Origin: Marsupella aquatica
Lineage: Eukaryota; Plantae; Marchantiophyta
Direction: 5' to 3'
Assembly (NCBI GenBank): GCA_973895155.1
Contig: OZ316897.1
Span: forward strand, 14,011,375-14,075,374
DNA: 64,000 nucleotides
The notes beneath the pieces are model-generated. The model saw only the letters and a list, made by a program, of their open reading frames with translations, did not search any database and had not been told where the DNA came from. A program made the position numbers and the translations under genes. This document shows positions 1 to 10,083 of this stretch, one piece after another. Position 1 is the first letter of the stretch, and every line of letters begins with the position of its first letter.

Positions 1-292
1 CTCTACTCGAGGGGAGGCCAGAAGCTTAGTCGATACCACACAGGAGAAAATTCCGTTTCCAATCCTTCCTTGGCTAGGGCCCTAGTAAGAAGTCAACAAT
101 GCACGACTGACTCGGCTCCTTAAATCTACGACAGTGCGTATGTCTCTCAACAGCAGCTGAGAGCACACCATCGCGCAAGGCCTCGAGTCGAACATCCCAG
201 CAATCTTCTCTCCCCACCTCACCCCACCCCACCATTCATTAGCCATATGCCCACACAACAAGCCCAGCTGCTGCTACTCATCAGCTGCTTTG

Positions 293-340
293 CCCAGCCC
301 AGCCCAGCCCAGCCCAGCCCAGCAGCAGCAGCAGCAGCAG
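293..340. repeat. (CCCAG)n followed by (CAG)n microsatellite
   Basis: Directly visible cccagcccagcccag...cagcagcagcag run. Confidence 0.9.
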
Positions 341-393
341 TGCCCCTGCCCAGCCGAACGAACCCACCCAGCAGCCCCCGCATGCTTGCTTAC

Positions 394-960
394 CTTTTCA
401 CGCAATAATCTTCATAAAAGATCGTAACTCCTCTCCCGAACTAGACGTCTTCTGAGATCTTATACCCTGCACGAAATACGGACACACTGGTCAGAGCGAC
501 ACTGATGAGGCTGGCTCAGGCCTCGACGACCATTCGTGGTCCTGCAGCAATGCGGAGAAGGAAAAGTCGAGCGAGATAAATTCCCCTCGACCGGAGATGA
601 AGAAGAGAACGAGACGAGACGAGACGAGACGAGACGGGAGGAGACGGGAGGACACGAGACGAGACGAGAGACTAGACGAGAGGGGAGAGAGGAGACGACG
701 ACCGCCATACCCCCCACTACTGCTCTCGCTCGGCATCTGGAACCTGTGGCCGTGCTATCGGAGTTCGGCACGAAATTAATATACTCATTTCTATAATCGC
801 TCAGGATCTCTCTCTTTCTCTGAAAGGGAGTGAACGAAAACTCTCTCCTCCTCTCTCTCAGATTCTCATCAACCTCCCCTCCAATTCTCCTCCAATCCTC
901 CTCAAAGCACATTACACTTCTGGAGCATACCTCTCGTGTGTGTGTGTTTTCCAGGCTTTC
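394..960 (-). other. Probable 5'-UTR exon of a gene transcribed leftwards out of the window; contains a (GAGAC)n tract at ~611-670
   Basis: Strong minus-strand donor AAG|GTAAGC at 394/393 and CT/GA-rich low-complexity sequence typical of plant 5' UTRs. No credible ORF. Confidence 0.4.
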
Positions 961-3841
961 GACGTTCAAAATTTCTCAGCTATTTGAACCACTGATAACT
1001 TTTAATAATAACAAGCGACAACCAAGGGAACCGTAGTACTGTAGCTACACTGTACAGTAAGTTTCTCTGACGGCTACAGCAGCCTACAGAATACAGGTGG
1101 AAATCCACTTTGTATGTTTATTATTATTGGATGATGATCATCATTTGTATGTTTATGGGCTAATGCGACTTGATTTTGGACTTTTGGGGAGCTCATTTAT
1201 TGCTGCCAATTGGGACCCACCAGTTTTTTGCATGCTGTGAAAAAAGATGAAAGTATGAGGGGGAATGTGTTCGTTGCCAAGTCTGTGCCCATATCCAGAT
1301 AAGTGCAAATTTCCTCGCAGTTAGTCTATCTCAACACACGCAGCTCAGTAATTCAGGTTTCCAGTTTAAACCAGAGCCCTTTACCCAGACATTTGGAAAA
1401 ATTGGAGGTCATCGTATCCCCCAAAGGAATGAGGGTCTAAGAGCTAGAACCAATGGGTTCATAAATGAAACAATTTTTGGATCCGTCAACCTGAGTGATT
1501 TGAGTCTGTGACATTCATTTGTCTAAACCCCCTCCTTGTCAGCACCACACTAAAAACAATTCTTGAAAAGGCAGGGCTGAGAGCAAGTTTGAAGTTTAAG
1601 TTCAAACTCAAGGCAATTCAAATAAATTCCACATGCATATAGTTTTGTGTCAAACTTTAACACATGACAGGAGCGCTGGGGGAGCACATGGGCTTAGATA
1701 GAGGCACCTCAATCCTTCAACAAGTACAAGCCCATGTCCACAGTTTCGTGCCAAAATTCTAGCACATGAAAGGGGTGTATTTTCTTTGACAAAGCCAAGT
1801 TCAAATCCTTCACTGTATACAATCCCATCCCTATCGTTTTGTCTAAAGAATTTGACGCATGCAATGAGTGCACCAGGTCTAATGTTCTGCTTAGCAGACT
1901 GCTTGTCCAGGAACTAAATGTCATTAGGACCTATACTTGGGAGCAGTACCAGCTAGGAAAGATTCAAGCCATCAAAGATATTACATTAACTAACTGTCTG
2001 GCTTGCTGTTGAGCCATGCACTGGCAGGCTGGGAGGGGTCTAACTATAATATTGCTATCTTTTCCAATCAGATTGTGTTGAGTTGGCTAACTCATAAATG
2101 ATGGTGACCATGATGGGCCCAACAATCTCAATTTGGCTCTTGATAGCCTAACTCTTCTTCTCTGGGTTGCTTTTGTAGTTTTGCCAAATCCTTCGTCATT
2201 GTTTTAACCGTGGTTAATGTTTCAGACACAACAAATTTGGTTGAATCATCTAAAGCCATGCAATCTAAGGTACGGTTTATCTAATCACAGGTGTGGACTA
2301 TGCTAACATGTTGGGAAAAAGGGGATGCCAATTACGGAGACATTTAAAGCAGGGGAATGTTGTTAGTCAGACATAATTGGAGGTATCATGGTTTGGGCTT
2401 TGCTCTCTTTCCCCCCCCCCCCCCCCCCCCCAAAGTAAAAGATTAGGGGGTATCTTAACAAAAGCCTCTAAAAGTAATGGTCTACACAAGGGATCTATGT
2501 GCAGGTGGCGGAAAAGTAAAAAAGTGATGGGCATCATGGCCGGCTTTGTAGAATCTATTCTCTTCTATCCACCTTTTCATTATATAGAGGAGAAAGACAT
2601 TCCCTTTGGATACATTATATCATCCTATCACTAGTCCAATCAGGTGCAATGCACAAAACATTGTTTGTATGGAAATAGTTAGCAGAAAATTACTGGCCTA
2701 GAAGTTTGTTGACATGAAAGACGTTAGTGTTTGAGTAAAAGTCTCATCTGGTGTCTTGGTTGGCATGGTTAGCAAGGGGGAGAAGAGATGTCAAATTGAA
2801 TTCACTTGAAACACTCCAGGTCCTAGTCCATAGGCCACCTTAATTTGGTTCTCTACTACTCATTTCCTCGTCCCTCCTTCACCCCATTTTCCTCCTGAAA
2901 CCTCACTCACCCCTCCTATCTCTTTTCCCCTCGTATTGGAACTCCTTCCCATCCCTCTCCACTTTACCTGCCCTACCTGACTAGGCATACCTGATCTTGC
3001 CCATGCAACCTCACGACCTGTTTGTGCAGACTTAACAAAGAGCCCTCCCATTTCTTAACCACCAAGACCGCTTCTTGGCAAATCCAATGGACAGAAAAAG
3101 TCCAAACATCTAGATAGCTATCAATTACTTCTCACCCAAGTTTCTTTTGTATGAGTCCAACCACCTCTTTGAGCCAATAAATCCCTTTGGTTCAAATTCA
3201 GAAAACTTAATTAAAACTTGGGTTTTTGGAAAGAATGGAGGTTATCTAGAGAATTGCAGTCTGTTGGCTGTGTGTTATTCTCCAACTATATAGTCTCTTA
3301 GACACACATGTAATGGAGAGACTATGTTCACACCTGATAAACAAATATCATGGAGTTGTATACCCTATACAAATTTTCCTTCCTTTTCAGTGATCCACTG
3401 GATTCAATGAGAAGCCAAGCATAACACATCTTACTAAGGATCTATTTGTTGGAGAGCCATATGTCAACCCAAGCTTGACCAACCATGTCATTCCAATTAT
3501 GTGGTACTAGATGCGCTTTCAATCTCTTTAGATGAGAATAATGTGTTAGACTAAAGCTCTGCTCACTTGAGAGTGAATAATTCAAAACAACTTTGGACCA
3601 AATAATGTGTGGCTTGATTGAGGCTTCCTTTTTGTAAACATTCTGTTGCATTGTAGGTAGGGATGTTCAGTGAAATCATACCAAATTATTTTGTTTATCC
3701 GGGATTGAGTCTTGGCCAGAGATTAGGAACCAACAGTGGTTTGGTTAGCCATCTCATGTTGGACAAAGCTCAAATTCAAGTATATCATTAGCCAGTCTAG
3801 AGCTTCAACACATATTTTCACTATGGCTTACAAATCCAACT

Positions 3842-4017
3842 TGTCGTGACATATAGTATCGTAGCCATAGTGTATCAAAAACATACAAGTCACCGGCAAG
3901 GCATATGTGCAAGCTGCTAGCAACCAACATGCATAGAAAAAGTCCAATCACATTCACAAGTGCCAAGAAAAAGCAAATGAAGTGGTATGTACGTAGTGGA
4001 GGTGTAAACCTCTGTAT
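3842..4017 (-). repeat. Split direct repeat A, terminal copy (176 bp)
   Basis: Identical to 4379-4554 except one mismatch (tgccAag vs tgccTag). Confidence 0.97.
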
Positions 4018-4376
4018 ATAAAAGGCGTAAGAGAAACAATTGTATTGAAATCGAATCGAAAACCGGCAGGATGCCAAGATCGGCCGGGAGCATCTAACGA
4101 ATCACTGTGTGAATCCCGTGTACGGAACCGACGAGCACTGTCTGAGCTCTGTCAACAGCGATTCAAGAAGAACTGAAAAACCCACAAAGAAAGACATGCC
4201 CTAAGCAAGCAAAATCCTGGCGTCACACTAACAAGCACATTTGCTTCAAGAACGGCCCAGACTTGCTACAAGAACATGTCGCTAACTCAGGTAGTACACT
4301 AGCCCTAACTACATACCTAGCGGGCAGGCGAGGGACATGCCGATGTGCATAACAGGCACTGTCCCTCGGCATGACA
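4018..4376 (-). repeat. Split direct repeat B, internal copy (359 bp)
   Basis: Matches 13297-13655 with two mismatches seen. Joined bluntly to A (ctctgtat|ataaaagg). Confidence 0.97.
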
Positions 4377-4378
4377 GC

Positions 4379-4554
4379 TGTCGTGACATATAGTATCGTA
4401 GCCATAGTGTATCAAAAACATACAAGTCACCGGCAAGGCATATGTGCAAGCTGCTAGCAACCAACATGCATAGAAAAAGTCCAATCACATTCACAAGTGC
4501 CTAGAAAAAGCAAATGAAGTGGTATGTACGTAGTGGAGGTGTAAACCTCTGTAT
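4379..4554 (-). repeat. Split direct repeat A, internal copy (176 bp)
   Basis: Separated from B by a 2-bp GC spacer (4377-4378) and directly abutted by C7 at 4555-4561. Confidence 0.97.
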
Positions 4555-4561
4555 CCCCCCC
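4555..4561 (-). promoter_or_regulatory. Putative polypurine tract (G7 on the sense strand)
   Basis: GGGGGGG lies immediately 5' of repeat A on the sense strand, about 30 nt after the pol stop codon. Confidence 0.75.
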
Positions 4562-4593
4562 AGACCACAGCCAAAAGGAGGGCTGAAGAAAAT

Positions 4594-5934
4594 TCAGGTA
4601 GCACGTGGAGCACAAGAAGGGCAAAACCATAACCCTTTTGGCACCTGGGTAAGTTCAGGCCGAAGGCAGAAAAGATGGTACCCTCCATTGCAATTGTCAC
4701 ACAGCAGCATCTGGTCAACATCATCAATTCGCAAACACACCTTGCAAGGGTAGTCCACAGGTGGAATCCAAGTAGAAGTCACAATGGTGGGATCTAGGTT
4801 AGGCAGATGACAAGGGGCGCAATTCTTGGCATTGTTAGCAATTGTGCGCCCATCTGCCCCTTGTAACTCTAGCACTCCAGACGGTCGAATAGCTTTAACC
4901 CTGAGAATAGTTCGACTGGTAGAGGTGTCCAGGGTGTCGTTAGCTTGCCGCTGCAAGTACACAAAATCTCCCACATCAAACTTCCTGACCTTGGGCTGAA
5001 AAGTGCCCCCTCGTGTGTGTGCATAACGCAGTGTGTCCCTGTGCTGTGCAATGGCCAAATTCTCCATGGCCATGGGCATAACCCTCCTGAATAGGGCAGC
5101 CCTCTTTGAGATCACATCAGACCAAGTCACAGCTGAATCCAAGTCCACCACCTGAAGCATGTGAGCAGCAATAGCAGAAGGTGGAACTGGGTGACGACCA
5201 AACAACAAGAAGTAGGGAGAAAAGTTAGACAGTGATGCATGTCTGGACATCCTATACCCCATGGCAATGTAGGGTAAGGCCAGGTCCCAATCCTCCTTGT
5301 TTTTGGTGAGGCAGATCTTCCGGAGACCCTTCTTGCATGTCTGAACCATGCGCTCTGCCAAGCCATCTGCCTGTGGGTGATCTCGTGATGTCCGGCGATG
5401 ATCAATGAGGGCCTGATCAAGCAGCTCCTAGAACTCTCCTCTAAACTCTAAGCCCTGGTCAGTGAGACATTCTGCAAACGCTCCAAAGCGGCTGAGAACT
5501 TGTTGCAGGAATGCCTGGCTGGTGCTACGGGAGGTCTTATCCGGCAATGCCACAAGTTCTATCCACTTGGAGAAATGCTCTATCATGATCATGATGTAGA
5601 GATTACCCCGAGATGTGAGGGGTAATTCTCCAGCCAAATCACATGACCAGCGATAAAACATGCCCTGAATAGGGAGTGGATGAAGTGTGGGTTGCCGAGA
5701 TGTGAAAGAAGTCCTCACCCTATCACACTGTTCACACCAGGCAATAACATCTCGAACCTGGCCATGCATGCCTCTCCAATGATAATGAGGGACCAAGAGG
5801 CTGTAAGTCCTCTTAACGCCAAAATGACCAAGCTCAGAATGTACCTTACGGATAAGGCCAACCCTCTCATGAATGGGTGGAACCACCACTTCCCTGTCTG
5901 GCAAGCAGCGCACGAGATGATCTCCCTTCCACAA
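4594..5934 (-). pseudogene. Integrase (HHCC zinc finger, DDE core, SH3-like C-terminus) plus C-terminal PHD finger; in-frame TAG at 5428-5430
   Basis: HSELGH...CEQC; WSCDLAG; LTDQGLEF; PQADGLAERMV; FSPYFLLFG; C4HC3 PHD CKVC...CDNC...H..C...CPSC at ~4610-4746. Confidence 0.95.
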
Positions 5935-5967
5935 GTAGCGCTTGGACCTTTGCTGAATTTGGTCTCT

Positions 5968-7545
5968 CTAGGCAGCAATAACATGTGTGGGTAACTCCCC
6001 ATGCTGCAGAAATCTCAGAGTGTCGCTGTCCTCCCATATGTCCACCACAGGTTGGTCAACAACATAGCATGGCAGCAAAGCAAGATAGGTCGATGCATGA
6101 AATGTAGGCAAGATGGAAACCTGGTCAAAATCTTGCCGTGCATCTGAGGAATCATCAGAGGTAATCAAAGGGCTGCAGGACATAGTGTCAGCATTCTGAT
6201 ATGTCACACCAGGCCTATGAATTACCTCAAAATCATACTCCTGGAGTATGAGCGCCCAGCGAGCAAGCTTGCCAGTAAGCTTGTCGTTGGTCATCAACTA
6301 CTTCAAGGGCTGGTGGTCGGTGTAGAGAACAAACCTGGTCCCATAGAGGTAGGGCCTATAATGTATGACAACCCACACAACAGCAAGGCATTCACCCTCA
6401 TAAGAAGAATAATGACTCTCTGCCTGATTGTTGCTCCTGGATGCATAGGCAATGACGTACTCTTTACCTTCCTCATCATGCTGGCCCAGAATGGCACCAA
6501 TCCCAAGGGCACTCCAATCTGTGTGTAGCACAAAGACCTTGCTGAAATCAGGTCTTCTCAGCATCGGGTATTCTGAGAGCTTCTCCTTCAAAGTGGCAAA
6601 TGCTGCCTCAGCATCTGTACTCCATGTCCAAGTCACATTCTTTTTCAACAAAGCATACAATGGGTGTGCAATGGTACTGAAATCTTTGATGTAGATCCGA
6701 TAGTAATTGCACAACCCAATAAAACTCCTCAAAGTGTGAACATCGGTAGGAGTGGGCATTTCCAAGATGGATACCACCTTGGCCCAGTGAACCATGGTTC
6801 CATTTGGAAGAATGCGGTGCCCAAGGTATACTACTGATCTGACAGCAAATTCACACTTCTTGGGGTGTATCTTTAGGTTCACCTTCTTAAGCCTCATGAA
6901 TAGCTCCTCAAGGTCAAGTAGATGCTGGTCAAATCCTTTGCTGTGGACCAACACATCATCAATGTAGCATTTCATAAACTCAGCACCTTGAAGAACCTGG
7001 TCCATGACTCTTTGAAAGAATATGGGCGCATTCTTCAAGCCAAATGGCATCACCAACCACTCCCATAGTTGGTTACTACCATGGAAAGCTGTTTTCTTGC
7101 GGTCCTTTGCAAGCAACAAAATCTGGTTAAAGCCTTGCCTTAGATCCACAAGAGTGAAGATGTCTGAGTCTCCAATGCTGTCAAATAGCTCCTCTGGCCG
7201 TGGCATGGGGTACCTGTCCTGGGGTGTGACCAGGTTCAGTGGCCTGTAGTCCCCACACATGCGCTTCTCTGTCCACAATCCACTGGAATCCTTCTTTGCT
7301 GACATCACTGTAGCTGCTGCAAAATCTGATGTAGATGGCTGAATAAGACCAGCTTCATAGAGCTCTTGGCATCTCTCATCCACCAGCTGCCACTCATGCT
7401 TACTCAAACGGTGTCTCCGCCTGAAGATAGGTGTTTCATCAGCCAACTCAATGGAGAACTGCATAGTCTTGCACTTACCCAAGTCCTTCATAGAGAAAGC
7501 AAACACATTCTCATGCTTGAGGAGAAAATTCAGCAGCTGGTCCTT
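5968..7545 (-). pseudogene. Reverse transcriptase and RNase H of the Ty3/Gypsy Pol; in-frame TAGs at 6298-6300 and 5968-5970
   Basis: RMCGDYRPLN, DLRQGFNQI, MPFGLKNAP, CYIDDVLV, YLGH, LRSFIGLCNYY; RNase H motifs LHTDWS, EGECLA, YTDHQPL, RWALILQEYDF, NAD. Confidence 0.97.
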
Positions 7546-8904
7546 CTATCTTTTACTCAGGTGGTTGCCCATGATGAATGTGTAGTTGGCAACACTAGGA
7601 ATAGGACCTGATGTACTCATGCTTGAAGAGCCAGAAGTGCCAGCCTCTCCACTATCCAAGCTGCTAGCATGTTGCTGATAAGGTGATGAGGCCTCTCCAA
7701 GGCCCGCTGTATCTGTTGCTCTGGTTTGATCCACACCATGAAACTCAAAAATAATGTCAGCCACATTACAAGGGACCTCCTCCCCCCCAACACTTGGACT
7801 GAAGTGGTGAGTGTTGGACAGAGGTAAGTGCACCTGGTCTGGATGCCATGTAGCAGTACCATGGAGTGGTAGGGCTGGCACTCCTGATGTTGGATGAATG
7901 TACATCTGAAAAAGGATGCAAGTGACCAGAAGCCAAGTGAGAGCATTAAGATCCATTACCTTGCCAAGTAAAGCAGTCCTGGCCAGCCTGGTGATTTTGG
8001 TGTGACCTGTAGTACCGGGTTGGAAGCCCATAGCCCGTTCTCTCTCCTCAGGACTAGGTTCATCCCATGTACTGGTAGAATGTCGATAAACCAGGCCAGG
8101 ACCATCACCCTGAAATGCATGTGCACCTGGAAAGGACACAAAAGTAGGCCAAGCAGCACGGGGCTGTCCAATGGTATTAGCTGGATACCAAGGTGCTGGC
8201 TCTTGCCGTGTAACCGGTTGGCAAGAACTGTCAGGATCCAAAATCTGGTCCACTGTGAGGTTAGTGTCCCTGGATGTGTGGTGAAGAGCTAACTCCAACA
8301 AGGAAGGTGGTGCAATGTTAGTCCAAAAGTTACGAAGACGATGTGCATAAGAACCACAGTGCACTGCATCAATGAGAAGGGGTGGTCCCAAGTAGTGCTG
8401 GACCACACTGAAATCCTCTTTGACCTGTGGACGCTGGTCAAACTGAGATGGAGTATTCTCAATGATATAACCAACAGTAGGATAAAGGGATTGAGCCCAG
8501 GTGAGAATCTGAACCAATGTTGTGAAAAGGCCAGAACGAGAATCATGCAGTCCAGCACCGTGACCAGCAGCTGAAAACCCTTGGCATTCCCAACCAGCTA
8601 TGATCAAATCAAGGGAGCCAAGAAGGGTTAAGTGCCGGTGCTGGACAAGCTGGATGTTTGGAGGGAAGAAAGAAAATGCAGACTTCCATGCACTATGTGG
8701 AAACTGCTGGGGAAATCGCTCGGAAAATTCCAACAGACGGGATTCAGCCACTTGCCTTGCACTTGGATCAATGTCCACGTAGATGTACTGCTTCACCACC
8801 ATGCCAGACTGTAGGAGAGCTTCCAGGCCTGTAGAAATGCCACCAAAAAGCTCAAGCAATGTAAGGCCATCTGAAGGAGGAGTCCATTTAACTGGTGCGC
8901 TCAA
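7546..8904 (-). CDS. C5-cytosine DNA methyltransferase domain (~7915-8865) embedded in Pol between protease and RT
   Basis: Motif I LELFGGI, II YVDID, IV DLIIAGWECQGFS (catalytic Cys at 8584-8586), VI IIENTP, VIII AHRLRNFWTN, IX ERERAMGF, X-like LLGKVMD. Same frame as PR, RT and IN. Confidence 0.92.
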   Translation of the reverse strand: MSAPVKWTPPSDGLTLLELFGGISTGLEALLQSGMVVKQYIYVDIDPSARQVAESRLLEFSERFPQQFPHSAWKSAFSFFPPNIQLVQHRHLTLLGSLDLIIAGWECQGFSAAGHGAGLHDSRSGLFTTLVQILTWAQSLYPTVGYIIENTPSQFDQRPQVKEDFSVVQHYLGPPLLIDAVHCGSYAHRLRNFWTNIAPPSLLELALHHTSRDTNLTVDQILDPDSSCQPVTRQEPAPWYPANTIGQPRAAWPTFVSFPGAHAFQGDGPGLVYRHSTSTWDEPSPEERERAMGFQPGTTGHTKITRLARTALLGKVMDLNALTWLLVTCILFQMYIHPTSGVPALPLHGTATWHPDQVHLPLSNTHHFSPSVGGEEVPCNVADIIFEFHGVDQTRATDTAGLGEASSPYQQHASSLDSGEAGTSGSSSMSTSGPIPSVANYTFIMGNHLSKR

Positions 8905-8931
8905 GATTGGGGCTATTGGCTGTCCATTGTG

Positions 8932-10083
8932 CTACCCAAGGTCTTCAAACTTGCGCAATGCAGCCACCAAAGGTCCATGGGCTGCTTGGAGCCGTTGTAC
9001 CACCTCTGGTTGATGATCCACGTTGCTGGAAAGTGCTGCTATACGTGCAACAGCATGTGCAGCAGCCACCTCATCGTCATCCTCTTCAATCCAATCTTGC
9101 AATGGGTGGTTGACATAGGTAGCTGTGTGCACTACTTTCAACACACAGTGGTGAGCCATAGGTGTATGGGCACCATGCAAATCAAGTGGAATGTAGCCCA
9201 AGTGTGAGCCATCAGTATGCCAATCAACTCTGTAGTATGCATGCTCATGCCAGTTGTCAATGGTAAAACCTGGTGGGAACAAAGCCTCCTGGCCAATGAG
9301 CACATCATACGTAGTGGCATTGGTAACCAAACATCTGACTGGGAAATGCAGTTCCTGATCTGTACCTCCATTAAAAGTGAGAGTGAGTAAAGTAGAACTC
9401 TCACCCAGCACATCCTCCACAGTGCCACTAGCAGTCCGAATGTGCCACTTGGATTGCTGTAAATGATCAGTCAACAGTCCCATCTTCTTGGCAAACTGAA
9501 TGCCCAATATCACTAGTTGAGCACCTGTGTCTAGCATGACCACCTGAGGAGTGTGACCCTCCAACTTGACCACTGAATTCCTGTTGTCAACAATGGCAAT
9601 GGTGGTGGAAACTGAAGTCCTGTCACTAGGCACCACTCTCGGCAAATGATGAGGTACCTTGTGAAGGGAGTTAGTGTCCACGGTTTTTCCACTCAACAAC
9701 ATAGCCAGGAAAGATGGAGCAGCATGACCAGAATCAAGTGTAGCTCTGGTCACACAATCAGCAGCAATCGGTACTGGGGCAGCCAAACCAGTGAAAACAT
9801 GTACAGGAGAAGAAAAAGGTCCAGTATGTACATGAGATTGGACCTCCAAAACCGGTGTCACAGGGGCTGATGAAGAATGCAGTGAGCCCTCTAGCGCTCT
9901 GATGACAGCTCTAGCATCCAGCTGTAAATCATGGCAACTGAAAAGTGGAGTTGTAAGAATCCTTTGTGCCATACCGGAGGTGAAATGCTCAAGCAGCTCA
10001 GGAGAAACAACTCCCTGTGAAATGTTAGCAGCACTTGGTGGTGGAATGGATGTAGCTGCAGCTCCCTCCCCCCTCGCCAACAA
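8932..10083 (-). pseudogene. Retropepsin-type aspartic protease region of Pol
   Basis: Active site VMLDTGAQ, flap IRTASG, C-terminal YDVLIG. In frame with the downstream DNMT across a single TAG at 8932-8934. Confidence 0.9.

Noticed and set aside
460-969. ORFs of 60-169 aa at the window start
   Set aside because: They are translations of (GAGAC)n and CT-rich low-complexity UTR-like sequence.
1500-3800. Protein-coding gene interrupted by the retroelement
   Set aside because: Only short broken ORFs with no recognisable motifs; probably an old decayed repeat.
7546-8904. Bacterial restriction-modification methylase or contamination
   Set aside because: It is in frame within the retroelement Pol and flanked by intron-containing plant genes. 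No endonuclease partner.
5428-8934. Programmed TAG readthrough or RNA editing between Pol domains
   Set aside because: Some stops fall inside conserved domains (the RNase H Trp position, the integrase core), which fits mutational decay better.
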